Shown one piece after another: positions 38,691-49,236 of a DNA stretch of 64,000 bases; positions within the stretch are counted from its first letter, which is position 1, and every line of letters starts with the position of its first letter. This DNA is from an uncultured PS1 clade bacterium (lineage in GTDB: Bacteria; Pseudomonadota; Alphaproteobacteria; MED-G09). Location: NCBI GenBank assembly GCA_902537725.1, contig CACBCD010000001.1, positions 5,482 to 69,481 of the forward strand, written 5' to 3'. The translations under genes and the position numbers were made by a program. The notes under the pieces are model-generated. The model did no database searches and had not been told where the DNA came from. It worked only from the letters and a program-made list of their open reading frames with translations.

Positions 38691-39644
38691 ATGACTAAAT
38701 TAAACTCTATAATATTTATTCTAATTATGGCTTTACTTGGCATTACAATTAACACCGATAAAGCTTACGCAAAAAATTCTATTTATGGACGCTTAGATAT
38801 TGCTTTAAGCAGTGAGGATACGTCAAGTGGCTCTTACACGGATGTAAAGTCACATGCTTCACGCGTGGGATTTAAGGGTTCACAAACTTTTGATAATGGT
38901 GTTGCAGCTATTTACCAATATGAATGGCAAACCGATCCTATTGATGGCGATCCAACTTTTAAACAAAGAAATAGTTTTGTTGGTTTGCAAGGAGCTTTTG
39001 GTAAAGTTTTTTTAGGTATGCATGATACACCCACAAAAAAAGCACAAGGTAAAATTGATTTATTCAATGATACTGCGGGTGATATTAAGAATATCTTATG
39101 GGGAGAAAATAGAAGTAAAAAAATTATTCAGTGGTCATCTCCAAAAGTGAATGGATTTACTTTAAATGTTATGGGTATTGTAGAAAAGGCTGATGAAGAA
39201 GCATTTTCAGTTTCTTTAGATTGGAAAGGTAAGATAGGTGGAAATAAATCACACTTTGCTGTTTCATTTGACTCTGAAGTTCCTCAAAAAGGATATTTTT
39301 TCGATACAACAAGATTTGCTGCAACTATCCCCCTTGGCAAACCTTTAACCCTTGGTGTTATTTGGCAGGAGTCAGAAGATACAACTGGGAAATATGATGA
39401 TGATGGGTATGTGATATCTCTAAAAATGAAAATGTCTAAAAAGATTACTCTTAAAGCTATGTATGGTGAGTCAGATATGGTTAAAGCAGGAGGAGAACTT
39501 ACTGGTATCGGCTTTGATTATAAAATTGCTAAACCTTTAAAGGTATACCTGAATTACGTTGATAAATCTTTCAATGACACATCTAAGGCTTCAGAACATA
39601 TTATGGCTGGAATTCAGTATAAATTCAGCTTTGATCTGTTTTAA
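38691..39644 (+). CDS. Gram-negative porin (probably phosphate-starvation induced)
   Basis: Signal peptide; YGR, SRVGFKG, RNSFVGL.G.FG and DLFND motifs; C-terminal Phe. Confidence 0.88.
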   Translation: MTKLNSIIFILIMALLGITINTDKAYAKNSIYGRLDIALSSEDTSSGSYTDVKSHASRVGFKGSQTFDNGVAAIYQYEWQTDPIDGDPTFKQRNSFVGLQGAFGKVFLGMHDTPTKKAQGKIDLFNDTAGDIKNILWGENRSKKIIQWSSPKVNGFTLNVMGIVEKADEEAFSVSLDWKGKIGGNKSHFAVSFDSEVPQKGYFFDTTRFAATIPLGKPLTLGVIWQESEDTTGKYDDDGYVISLKMKMSKKITLKAMYGESDMVKAGGELTGIGFDYKIAKPLKVYLNYVDKSFNDTSKASEHIMAGIQYKFSFDLF

Positions 39645-39668
39645 TAAATTATGAAATTGGAGAAAATT

Positions 39669-40718
39669 ATGAAAAACTTATTCAAATCACTTGTCATTAT
39701 TTTATCAATTTCTTTAATACCTGGCTTACAAGTAAAAGCTGAAGAGCAAATTAAAATTGTAGGATCCTCAACGGTTTTCCCTTTTTCAACAGCCGTTGCA
39801 GAAGAATTTGGAAGGAAAACTAAATATAAAACACCTATTGTTGAATCAACTGGTTCAGGCGGCGGTATGAAACTTTTTTGCGCAGGCAATGGAAAACAAC
39901 ATCCTGATATTACGAACGCATCGAGGAGAATAAAAAGTAAAGAATTTAAGAAATGTACTGATGCTGGTATTAAAATAATTGAAATTAAAGTTGGCTACGA
40001 TGGAATTGTTTTAGCAAATTCAAAGAGAGCAAATGTAGTTAAACTTACTACACGTGATATTTATATGGCTCTTGCTGAAAAAGTTCCTGCAAATGAAGAT
40101 GGATCAGAGCTTCAGGATAATCCATATCAAACATGGAAAGATGTAAACCGTAATCTACCTAATGTTAAAATAGAAGTTCTTGGTCCTCCTCCAACATCAG
40201 GAACAAGAGATGCGTTTGTTGAACTAGCGATGGATGCTGGCGCAAAGACTTTTCCTGCACTAAAGGAATTGAGGGGAAGTTCTAAAGCTGGAAAAAATGA
40301 ATTCAAGAAAATTGCTCGTACCATTCGTGAAGATGGAGCTTTTATTGAAGCAGGTGAGAATGATAATCTTATTATACAAAAACTTGATCAAAATCCAAAT
40401 GCTCTCGGTATATTTGGTTTTAGTTTTCTTGATCAAAATACTGATAAAATCCAAGGATCTATTGTTAATGGTGCCGAACCAACTTTCGATAATATTCTTG
40501 TTGGTGATTATCCAATATCAAGATCTTTATTCTTTTATGTAAAAAAGAATCATATAAGAATGAAACCATCAATTACTCAATTTGTTAAGGAATTTACAAG
40601 TTTAGGTGCTATGGGTGAGGATGGCTATTTAGTCGAAAAAGGTCTAATTCCATTATCACCAGAAGAATATAAAAAGTATAAAAATGCTGGTAAAAATCTA
40701 ATTGAATTAGAGCTTTGA
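39669..40718 (+). CDS. pstS: Phosphate ABC transporter substrate-binding protein
   Basis: GSSTVFP, ESTGSGGG, NASR and GPPPTSGTRD motifs. Confidence 0.96.
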   Translation: MKNLFKSLVIILSISLIPGLQVKAEEQIKIVGSSTVFPFSTAVAEEFGRKTKYKTPIVESTGSGGGMKLFCAGNGKQHPDITNASRRIKSKEFKKCTDAGIKIIEIKVGYDGIVLANSKRANVVKLTTRDIYMALAEKVPANEDGSELQDNPYQTWKDVNRNLPNVKIEVLGPPPTSGTRDAFVELAMDAGAKTFPALKELRGSSKAGKNEFKKIARTIREDGAFIEAGENDNLIIQKLDQNPNALGIFGFSFLDQNTDKIQGSIVNGAEPTFDNILVGDYPISRSLFFYVKKNHIRMKPSITQFVKEFTSLGAMGEDGYLVEKGLIPLSPEEYKKYKNAGKNLIELEL

Positions 40719-40751
40719 TAAAACTGATTTTTCAAATTGTGGAGGATAGAT

Positions 40752-42137
40752 ATTAATACCGATCTTTTAATAAGTTTATCATTGATAATTGTTTCGGGGC
40801 TTCTATCCTTCACTTTAGCCAAACAAAGAGCAGTATTTTATCTCCGAAATAATGAACCTTTAAGATCAATGCCAATTTATCATGGCTTGTATGTCTCTTT
40901 ATGGTCGACCTTACTGCCTATATTTCTTATTATTTTTCTTCTTTTCTTTAAGGATAGTTATTTAAATTATCTTGTTATACCCTTTCTTTCTGAGGAAACT
41001 ATAGACCTAGGAATTGATGAAATTTTATATGTTAAAAGTTTTTTAATAAATAATATTTCTAGTTTAAGCACTCTTATTAGTAGCGGTTTTATCTCTGAAG
41101 GTGATGCAAATCTATTAGTTGAAAAGTATCAAGAAACTAGAGTTATTTCTTTCTCATCTTTAGTTTTACTTTCAATCATATTAAGTTTTGTATCATACAA
41201 GAAACTATCTGTTCGATATGATGCAAGAAGAAGAGTAGAAAGAATTTTAAAATTTATATTCTTCGTTTTTTCAACAATAGCAGTTTTAACTACGGTAGGT
41301 ATTATCTTTTCTCTAATCTTTGAAACCTTGAGATTTTTCTCCCAAGTAGGTTTTTTTGATTTTGTTTTTGGTACACATTGGTCTCCACAAACAGCCATTA
41401 GGGAGGATCAAGTTGGATCATCTGGAAGTTTTGGTGCTATTCCATTATTTACGGGCACGCTTTTAATAACCGCTGTAGCTATGTCGATTGCTGCTCCACT
41501 AGGATTATATTCTGCTATTTTTCTATCTCAATATGCGAAACCTAAAACAAGAGATTTTTTAAAGCCTATTTTAGAAATATTAGCTGGTATTCCAACAGTT
41601 GTTTATGGTTTTTTTGCAGCTCTAACGGTAGGCCCTTTTGTAAGAAGTTGTGGGGAATATATTGGTTTAACTGTTGCCACTGAGTCTGCACTTGCGGCCG
41701 GGTTGGTAATGGGTGTAATGATAATACCCTATGTTTCATCGTTATCTGATGATGTTATGACGGCTGTTCCATTATCTTTAAGAGATGGGTCATTAGCTTT
41801 GGGTGCAACAAAGGCTGAGACAGTAAAAAAAGTTATAATTCCTGCGGCTTTACCAGGTATAGTTAGTGCACTCTTATTAGCTATTTCTAGGGCAATTGGC
41901 GAGACGATGATTGTAGTTATGGCAGCAGGACTAGCTGCAAATCTTACCGCAAATCCTTTGTCTGCAGTTACAACAGTTACTGTTCAAATAGTTACTCTAT
42001 TGGTTGGAGACCAAGAATTTGACAGTGCAAAAACTTTAGCGGCCTTCGCATTAGGATTGATGCTATTTGTAATAACATTGGCTCTTAACGTGTTTGCTAT
42101 GATAATAGTTCGGAGATATAGAGAGCGATATGAGTAA
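40752..42137 (+). CDS. pstC: Phosphate ABC transporter permease PstC (start uncertain: ATT 40752 or TTG 40737)
   Basis: LEILAGIPTVVYG and SRAIGETM motifs. Confidence 0.94.
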   Translation: MNTDLLISLSLIIVSGLLSFTLAKQRAVFYLRNNEPLRSMPIYHGLYVSLWSTLLPIFLIIFLLFFKDSYLNYLVIPFLSEETIDLGIDEILYVKSFLINNISSLSTLISSGFISEGDANLLVEKYQETRVISFSSLVLLSIILSFVSYKKLSVRYDARRRVERILKFIFFVFSTIAVLTTVGIIFSLIFETLRFFSQVGFFDFVFGTHWSPQTAIREDQVGSSGSFGAIPLFTGTLLITAVAMSIAAPLGLYSAIFLSQYAKPKTRDFLKPILEILAGIPTVVYGFFAALTVGPFVRSCGEYIGLTVATESALAAGLVMGVMIIPYVSSLSDDVMTAVPLSLRDGSLALGATKAETVKKVIIPAALPGIVSALLLAISRAIGETMIVVMAAGLAANLTANPLSAVTTVTVQIVTLLVGDQEFDSAKTLAAFALGLMLFVITLALNVFAMIIVRRYRERYE

Positions 42138-43365
42138 GAATCTATCAATAAGACATAGAGCTGAAAAACGTTTTATAGCATATGGATTTATTTCACTAAT
42201 TTTAGCTGCAACAATGCTTGCTACAATAATTGGATCTATGATTTATAGATCGATTCCTGCTTACACAAATTATTCAATTGACCTTGAAATAAATATGACT
42301 GAAATTTCTGCAGAGGATGAATTTGAAGATATTAATTTTAGAGGTATTATTCGATCTTCATTATTTTCCTTTTTTCCTGAAGTTGAGAGCCGTTCTGATA
42401 AAAGAAAATTATTTAAATTAATTTCTTCAAGTGCTTCATACACTCTCAGAGATTTCATAATTGAAAATCCTTCCTATATTAATAAGAAATTCTATTTTAA
42501 TGTTTTATTTACCGATGACTCTGATATTTTTTATAAAGGTTATGTTGATACATCGCTTTCGGAGAGTGAAAGGAGGCTGGATGATCAAGAAGTTGCTTGG
42601 TTAAATGAATTAAAAAATACAGGTAGAGTAAAAAATAAAATATCAAAAAATTTATTCTTAAATGGAGATAGTAGAGAGCCGGAAGTTGCTGGATTTTGGG
42701 GTGCCACAATTGGTTCATTAATTACAATATCTGTGACTTTATTGTTAAGTTTTCCTATCGGAGTCTTAACCGCTATTTACTTAGAAAATTTTGCTGTAAA
42801 AAATCGCATTACAGATTTTATTGAGGTAAATATAAATAATCTTGCAGCCGTTCCGTCAATTATATTTGGTTTATTAGGTTTAGCTGTTTTTATTAATTTT
42901 TTTGGAATGCCAAGATCTATCCCATTGGTAGGAGGTCTTGTGTTATCATTGATGACATTACCAACTATTATTATTGCTACAAGATCATCACTTCAATCTG
43001 TCCCTCCGTCTATAAGAGAGGCAGCACTGGCAATGGGTGCTTCTGAAATGCAGGTTGTTTTTCAACATTTACTCCCTTCTGCTTTACCTGGGATTTTTAC
43101 TGGAACAATTATTGGTTTAGCTCGTGCTTTTGGTGAGTCTGCACCACTATTATTAATAGGTATGGTTGCGTTTATTGTGGATATACCATCAACTTTTACT
43201 GATCCTGCAACTGCTCTTCCAGTTCAAATATATATATGGGCCGATAGCCCAGAAAGAGCTTTTGTTGCTAAAACAAGTGCTGCTACTTTAATTCTTATAG
43301 GCCTTCTTATATTAATTAATCTTGCGGCCGTATTATTAAGAAAACGTTATGAAGTTAAATGGTGA
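42130..43365 (+). CDS. pstA: Phosphate ABC transporter permease PstA
   Basis: [18 protein letters not shown] and [10 protein letters not shown] motifs. Confidence 0.95.
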   Translation: MSKNLSIRHRAEKRFIAYGFISLILAATMLATIIGSMIYRSIPAYTNYSIDLEINMTEISAEDEFEDINFRGIIRSSLFSFFPEVESRSDKRKLFKLISSSASYTLRDFIIENPSYINKKFYFNVLFTDDSDIFYKGYVDTSLSESERRLDDQEVAWLNELKNTGRVKNKISKNLFLNGDSREPEVAGFWGATIGSLITISVTLLLSFPIGVLTAIYLENFAVKNRITDFIEVNINNLAAVPSIIFGLLGLAVFINFFGMPRSIPLVGGLVLSLMTLPTIIIATRSSLQSVPPSIREAALAMGASEMQVVFQHLLPSALPGIFTGTIIGLARAFGESAPLLLIGMVAFIVDIPSTFTDPATALPVQIYIWADSPERAFVAKTSAATLILIGLLILINLAAVLLRKRYEVKW

Positions 43366-43372
43366 TTTGATT

Positions 43373-44167
43373 ATGGATGAACAAAAAAAACAAAATAATA
43401 TCAGAAATAAAAAGTCTTTAATCGAGTGCAGAGGTGTAGACGTTTTTTATGGAGATAAACAGGCTTTATTTGGTATTAATCTTGATATAGGTGAAAAAGA
43501 GGTTACTTCATTAATTGGCCCTTCTGGTTGTGGAAAGTCGACTTTTCTTAGGTGTATTAACAGAATGAATGATGTGATAGAAATATGCAAGGTCGCAGGT
43601 ACTATTAAAATTGATAATGAGGATATATATCATCCTGATGTTGATGTTGTTGAGTTAAGATCAAGAATAGGAATGGTTTTTCAAAAACCTAATCCTTTTC
43701 CTAAATCAGTTTATGATAATGTTGCTTATGGACCAAAACTACACGGTAGGATCTTGCATAAAGACGATCTTGATGCGAAAGTAGAAAAAAGTTTAGAGAG
43801 AGCAGGTCTTTGGTCTGAGGTCAAAGATAGACTTGGTGAACCAGGCACTAGCCTTTCAGGTGGACAACAGCAACGACTATGTATTGCAAGGGCTATTGCC
43901 ATTGACCCTTCAATTATTCTAATGGATGAACCCTGTTCAGCCTTGGACCCTATTGCAACTGCTAAGATTGAAGAATTGATTGATGAACTAAAAGATAATT
44001 TTACAATTACAATTGTAACTCATTCTATGCAGCAAGCAGCAAGAGTATCCCAAAGAACTGCCTTTTTCCACTTGGGAAAACTAATAGAAGTTGGTGATAC
44101 TGAAAAAATTTTTAGAAGTCCTGATCATGAACAAACAGAGGCTTATGTAACAGGAAGGTATGGATAA
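43373..44167 (+). CDS. pstB: Phosphate ABC transporter ATP-binding protein
   Basis: [25 protein letters not shown] and DEPCSALDP motifs. Confidence 0.97.
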   Translation: MDEQKKQNNIRNKKSLIECRGVDVFYGDKQALFGINLDIGEKEVTSLIGPSGCGKSTFLRCINRMNDVIEICKVAGTIKIDNEDIYHPDVDVVELRSRIGMVFQKPNPFPKSVYDNVAYGPKLHGRILHKDDLDAKVEKSLERAGLWSEVKDRLGEPGTSLSGGQQQRLCIARAIAIDPSIILMDEPCSALDPIATAKIEELIDELKDNFTITIVTHSMQQAARVSQRTAFFHLGKLIEVGDTEKIFRSPDHEQTEAYVTGRYG

Positions 44168-44177
44168 AGGTAATAAA

Positions 44178-44882
44178 ATGGATGATCAACATATAGTAAC
44201 CTCATTTGATAAAGAATTAAAAGATTTAACTGATGGTCTTGTGGGTTTAGGTGGTTTGGCTCAAATAGCTCTTAGGAATGTTGAGCAATCACTGAGAATG
44301 AACGACCATGATCTTGCTAAGCAGACAATTGAAGCTGACAGGCAAATCAATGCGCTTCAATTGTCACTAGAAGATAAGACTTTTAATATTTTAGCAAAAA
44401 GACAGCCAATGGCTAACGATTTAAGGATGGTTTTTTCTGCAGTAAAAGTTTCCCTATATTTGGAAAGAATTGGAGATATGTGCAAAGGAGTTTGTAAACG
44501 AATAGTAAAAGGAGATTTATTAAATGCTAAATCCCCTAAAACCATTGATGCTCTTGTAAATTTAACTAAAAATGTTCAACAAAGTTTAGATTTAGTTTTA
44601 GAAGATTATGCTCAAGGTAAATCACAACATGCGCTGGATGTTTGGAAATCTGATATTAAAATAGACTCATCATATGCAAATATTTTATCTGCCATTTTAG
44701 ATGATATTAAAGAAAAACCAGAGGCAATTGAGGCTCTTGTTCCATTATTTTTTATTGCTCGCTACTTAGAGAGAATTGGTGATCAAGCAACAAATATTGC
44801 TGAAGTAACTCACTTTATAGTTACTGGCGAGACGCTGGGCGATGATAGAAAAATGGAAGTTGAGGATGAAACTGTTTTTTAA
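44178..44882 (+). CDS. phoU: Phosphate signalling protein PhoU
   Basis: RQPMANDLR and two LERIGD motifs. Confidence 0.95.
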   Translation: MDDQHIVTSFDKELKDLTDGLVGLGGLAQIALRNVEQSLRMNDHDLAKQTIEADRQINALQLSLEDKTFNILAKRQPMANDLRMVFSAVKVSLYLERIGDMCKGVCKRIVKGDLLNAKSPKTIDALVNLTKNVQQSLDLVLEDYAQGKSQHALDVWKSDIKIDSSYANILSAILDDIKEKPEAIEALVPLFFIARYLERIGDQATNIAEVTHFIVTGETLGDDRKMEVEDETVF

Positions 44883-44902
44883 TTTTAAAATAAATTTTTA
44901 AA

Positions 44903-45607
44903 ATGAGTAAGCATACAGATTATAAAATATTGATAGCAGAAGATGAAGAGAGCTTGGCTATGCTAATTGATTACAATCTTATTAAAAATGGATATAAAAC
45001 AAAAATAGTGAAAGATGGTGATTTTGTTTTATCTGAGTGTGAGATATTCTTTCCTGATCTAATACTCTTGGATTGGATGTTGCCAAATATTTCAGGTATC
45101 GAATTATGCAGGCGTCTAAGAACTCAAAAAAAATATAATAATGTTCCTATTATAATGATTACCGCACTTGGTGAGGAAAGTGATAAAATAAGAGGATTAG
45201 AAACCGGGGCTGATGATTATATAACAAAACCATTTTCATTTCCTGAGTTAATTGCAAGAATTGATGCGGTCTTGAGAAGATCTAAGTTTTCTAAAGGACA
45301 AAATATCATTGAAGTAGGGGATATCTCAATCAATAAAGACGAATACCGTGTCTTTAGGGATGGAGTTTCAATAAGTTTAGGCCCTACAGAGTTTAAACTA
45401 TTAAATTGTTTGGTTGAACATCCAAATATGGTTTTTAGCAGAGAAAAGCTATTAGATAGTGTATGGGGTGTAGACAACATCAATGTAGAAATAAGAACAG
45501 TTGATGTTCATATTGGTCGATTAAGAAAGGCTCTTAGGATTAAAGGAAAAAAAGATCCTATTAGAACTGTAAGATCTGCAGGATATTCAATTAATCAGAT
45601 CTCTTAG
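44903..45607 (+). CDS. phoB: Phosphate regulon response regulator
   Basis: LLDWMLP, GLETGADDY, LGPTEF and RTVDVHIGRLRK motifs. Confidence 0.95.
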   Translation: MSKHTDYKILIAEDEESLAMLIDYNLIKNGYKTKIVKDGDFVLSECEIFFPDLILLDWMLPNISGIELCRRLRTQKKYNNVPIIMITALGEESDKIRGLETGADDYITKPFSFPELIARIDAVLRRSKFSKGQNIIEVGDISINKDEYRVFRDGVSISLGPTEFKLLNCLVEHPNMVFSREKLLDSVWGVDNINVEIRTVDVHIGRLRKALRIKGKKDPIRTVRSAGYSINQIS

Positions 45608-46107
45608 TAATTACCTACATTAGTCTTAGTATTCCTTTTTGCGGAAAATTTAACTTTCTTTTTTCTTCTAGTTTCAAATGGTTGATAGGCAACTTTAGTA
45701 TGTTCCTCACAATAAACAGAACCTTGAACTCTGTTTAATCCACAAAACCTAAAATTTTCATCTGATGGTTCACCAATTGGCCATTTACAAATTTTTTCTG
45801 TTAACATTAAAATATTAATTGGTTTTCCATCTGAGTTGACAGCAGGCTCGGGCAGAGAAAGTGGTTTTAAATTTTCATTATACCTATCTTTTGAAGAAAA
45901 ATTTGAAGAAAAATTTGAAGGTTCCCTGTGTCTTATCCTACTTTTTGGTCTTGTTGGGCTAGCTCTTCCAGCTAGGCCCAGTCTATGCACTTTGCCAATT
46001 ACGGCGTTTCTAGTTACATCACCTAATTCTCTCGCTATTTGACTTGCACTAAGACCTTCACCCCATAATTTTGTTAGTATTTCTACCCTGTCATCGGTCC
46101 ATGCCAT
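45604..46107 (-). CDS. gcrA: Cell-cycle regulator GcrA (start ATG 46107)
   Basis: MAWTDDRVE.L.KLW.EGLSASQIA..LG.VTRNAVIGKVHRLGL; CKWPIG.P...FCG...YC.EH. Confidence 0.95.
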   Translation of the reverse strand: MAWTDDRVEILTKLWGEGLSASQIARELGDVTRNAVIGKVHRLGLAGRASPTRPKSRIRHREPSNFSSNFSSKDRYNENLKPLSLPEPAVNSDGKPINILMLTEKICKWPIGEPSDENFRFCGLNRVQGSVYCEEHTKVAYQPFETRRKKKVKFSAKRNTKTNVGNY

Positions 46108-46127
46108 TTTATCTTCTCCCATTAAAT

Positions 46128-46174
46128 ATAAAATATATGGTATACATTTTTTCATCGTATACAAGATATAGTTG
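46128..46174. promoter_or_regulatory. Tandem NrdR-box-like sites upstream of gcrA
   Basis: ataCAAGATATAGttg plus a weaker AAATATATGG 31 bp away. Confidence 0.5.
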
Positions 46175-46248
46175 TTAAAAAAAATAAAAAAATTACACAT
46201 TTTTAAGAAATAACTTTATTTATTGTCATTATTGTTCAGAATAAGCCC

Positions 46249-47064
46249 ATGTCAGATAATTCTAAATTTCAATGGATACAACCAAGAGACCCTGGTAGAG
46301 TAAATTGGTATGGTTTGTGGACTTTATATAAGAAAGAAGTCCAAAGATTCTTTAAAATTTTTTTACAAACAGTAGCTGCGCCAATAGCAACAACTATCTT
46401 ATTTATGGCAATTTTTACTTTAGCTTTGGGTAATTTGAGGCCAGATATTAGAGGTGTACCATTTATTGAGTTTTTAGCGCCCGGTTTAATAATGATGTCA
46501 ATTCTACAGCAAGCTTTTAACCATACATCTTCGTCTTTGCTTATATCAAAAATTCAAGGGAATATAGTTGATATTCTCATGCCACCCATATCTGCAGGCG
46601 AAATGAATGTTGCAATTTCACTTGGAGGTGTAACTAGGGGTATTGTAGTTGCACTAGTTTCTTTACCTTGTATTCATTTCTTATTTGTAGAGCTCAGCAT
46701 TTTTCATACCTGGGCGATAATATACTATTCAGTTTCGGGATCCTTATTCTTATCATTGCTTGGTATAATCACTGGTATTTGGTCGGAAAAATTTGATCAC
46801 TTAGGAACTATAACTAATTTTATTATTGTACCTTTATCATTCTTATCTGGAACATTTTATTCAGTAGATAGAATGCCTGAATTTGCAAGGATATTAATAG
46901 ACTATAATCCATTTTTTTACATAATTGATGGCTTCCGATATGGCTTTATTGGTTCATCCGATAGTTCTATTTTTTTTGGTGTTATATTTATTCTTATTCT
47001 GAATATTTTTCTTTGGGTTTTAAGTTTATTTTTATTAAAAAAAGGTTGGAGGTTGAAGACTTAG
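46249..47064 (+). CDS. ABC-2 type transporter permease (YadH-like)
   Basis: FLAPGLIMM, PLSFLSGTFYS and NPFFY.IDGFRYGF motifs. Confidence 0.9.
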   Translation: MSDNSKFQWIQPRDPGRVNWYGLWTLYKKEVQRFFKIFLQTVAAPIATTILFMAIFTLALGNLRPDIRGVPFIEFLAPGLIMMSILQQAFNHTSSSLLISKIQGNIVDILMPPISAGEMNVAISLGGVTRGIVVALVSLPCIHFLFVELSIFHTWAIIYYSVSGSLFLSLLGIITGIWSEKFDHLGTITNFIIVPLSFLSGTFYSVDRMPEFARILIDYNPFFYIIDGFRYGFIGSSDSSIFFGVIFILILNIFLWVLSLFLLKKGWRLKT

Positions 47065-47116
47065 TAAAAAGATAGTAGTAGGAAAAAATTATTTATTTTT
47101 TAAATTTGAGAATGAC

Positions 47117-48286
47117 ATGAATAGTTCAGTAATGAATACCTATAATCGTTATCCAGTTTCTTTTAGGGAAGGAAATGGAGCATGGCTAACTTCCTTAGAT
47201 AATAAAAAATTTTTAGATTTCTCTTCTGGTATTGCTGTTAATATTCTTGGTCATAATCATCCTGAGATCAATAAGACCTTTGAAATGCAGGCAAATAAAA
47301 TTTGGCACGTTTCAAACTTGTACACTATCCCTGAGCAAGAGTTGCTAGCAAAAAAATTATGTGAGTTAAGTTTTGCTGAGAAAGTTTTCTTTTGTAACTC
47401 TGGCGCAGAAGCAGTTGAGGGTGCTATTAAAATAGCCAGAAAATTTCAATCTTTTAAAGGTAGTGTTGAGAGAAATGAAATTATTACTTTTAAGAACTCT
47501 TTTCATGGTAGAACATTAGCAACACTTGCCGCCGCTTCCAATTCACTTCATACAGAGGGCTTTAATCCTATACCTGATGGTTTTGTGAATATACCCTTAG
47601 ACGAAAACATCTTAAAAAAAACTATTTCAGATAAGACGGCTGGAATTTTAATTGAGCCTGTACAAGGTGAGGGAGGAATAAATCCTGTTTCAAATGAATT
47701 TTTGGTTTTTATAAGAAAATTATGTGACGAGAATAAAATTTTAATGATCCTTGATCAGGTTCAGTGCGGGATGGGTCGAACTGGTAAATTATTTTCTCAT
47801 GAATGGTCAGGTATAGAGCCAGATATAGTTACTCTCGCAAAAGGTTTGGGTGCAGGTTTCCCAATTGGTGCAGTACTAGCTTCTGAGGAAGCCTCAAAAG
47901 GAATGCAACAGGGAAGCCATGGTTCGACTTTTGGGGGTAATCCAGTTGGATGTTCAATTGCTTTAAAAGTAATAGAACTTATCGAAAAAGAAGAAATTTT
48001 GAATAATGTAACAAGACTTTCAGGTATTCTTATTTGCGAATTAGAAAAGTTGGTTGAAAAGCATCATAATAAAATTTCTGGTGTTAGAGGTAAGGGCTTA
48101 ATCATCGGGGTTGAGTGCATTGAAAAGAATTCTGTTATCACTGACCTAGCTTTCCAAAATGGCTTATTACTTGTAAATGCTGCTAACAATGTTATCAGAT
48201 TTTTACCACCTTTAAATATATCTGAAAATGAAGTCATGGAAGCTATAAAAAAATTCGACGAAACATTATCAAATTTAGATATATAG
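47117..48286 (+). CDS. argD: Acetylornithine aminotransferase
   Basis: NSGAEAVE, FHGRT, EPVQGEGG, AKGLG and HGSTFGGNP motifs; precedes argF. Confidence 0.93.
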   Translation: MNSSVMNTYNRYPVSFREGNGAWLTSLDNKKFLDFSSGIAVNILGHNHPEINKTFEMQANKIWHVSNLYTIPEQELLAKKLCELSFAEKVFFCNSGAEAVEGAIKIARKFQSFKGSVERNEIITFKNSFHGRTLATLAAASNSLHTEGFNPIPDGFVNIPLDENILKKTISDKTAGILIEPVQGEGGINPVSNEFLVFIRKLCDENKILMILDQVQCGMGRTGKLFSHEWSGIEPDIVTLAKGLGAGFPIGAVLASEEASKGMQQGSHGSTFGGNPVGCSIALKVIELIEKEEILNNVTRLSGILICELEKLVEKHHNKISGVRGKGLIIGVECIEKNSVITDLAFQNGLLLVNAANNVIRFLPPLNISENEVMEAIKKFDETLSNLDI

Positions 48287-48299
48287 TATATGGTTTAAC

Positions 48300-49235
48300 A
48301 TGACCGAAAAAATTCGACATTTTATTGATCTAGATTATTTTTCTAAAATTGATTTTAGAAATCTCCTGAACAGTTGCCATCAAAGAAAAAATTCTAAAAT
48401 AAGAAATGGAAAGGCGGAGATTGATGATGATGCTTCTGCACAAGATAAAATACTCGCCATGATTTTTGAAAAACCATCAACAAGAACAAGGTTTTCTTTT
48501 GAAACAGCTATGTATCAATTAGGAGGTAAATCAATTGTTATAAATTCAAAAGACATGCAGCTAAATAGGGGAGAGACTATTTCAGATACTGCCAAAGTGT
48601 TATCAAGATATGTCGATATTGTAATGTTAAGAACAAATGAGCATTCATCTATATTAGACTTTTCTGTATCTTCATCCGTACCTGTCATTAACGGTTTATC
48701 TGATCTTTCTCACCCATGTCAGGTTGTTGCAGATTTGATGACCTTTGAAGAAATTTTAGGCCCAATTGAGAGTAAAGTGGTTACCTGGTTTGGCCCCGGT
48801 AACAATATGACGCATAGCTGGATTCATGCTGCCTCATTGCTTGATTTTGAATTAAGGATCTGTGCTCCAGGTGATTATTTACCTAATTCAGCTATTGTTG
48901 AAAAAGCTAAAAATGAGGGTGCTAAGATTTTAGAAACTGATGATCCTAAAAAAGCAGCTACTGGTTCTAATTGTATTGTAACTGATACTTGGTTCTCTAT
49001 GGGGGATAAGGAGGATAGTTCTAAAAGAGAAGTTTTGAGTGAATTTAAAGTGACAAATAAATTAATTTCATTGGCTGATGATAAAGTAATTTTTCTTCAC
49101 TGCCTGCCAGCACATAGAGGTGAGGAGGTTGACTCTGAAGTAATTGATGGGCCACATTCATATGTATGGGATGAAGCCGAAAACAGATTACATGCTCAAA
49201 AGGGCATAATCGATTGGTGCCTAAAGAGCAATTAA
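48300..49235 (+). CDS. argF: Ornithine carbamoyltransferase
   Basis: STRTR, HPCQ, HCLPAHRGEE and AENRLHAQK motifs. Confidence 0.96.
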   Translation: MTEKIRHFIDLDYFSKIDFRNLLNSCHQRKNSKIRNGKAEIDDDASAQDKILAMIFEKPSTRTRFSFETAMYQLGGKSIVINSKDMQLNRGETISDTAKVLSRYVDIVMLRTNEHSSILDFSVSSSVPVINGLSDLSHPCQVVADLMTFEEILGPIESKVVTWFGPGNNMTHSWIHAASLLDFELRICAPGDYLPNSAIVEKAKNEGAKILETDDPKKAATGSNCIVTDTWFSMGDKEDSSKREVLSEFKVTNKLISLADDKVIFLHCLPAHRGEEVDSEVIDGPHSYVWDEAENRLHAQKGIIDWCLKSN

Positions 49236-49236
49236 T

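Noticed and set aside
45890-45920. 12-bp tandem repeat (about 2.5 copies) in gcrA
   Set aside because: In-frame low-complexity linker (SNFS repeat); not CRISPR-like or phase-variable
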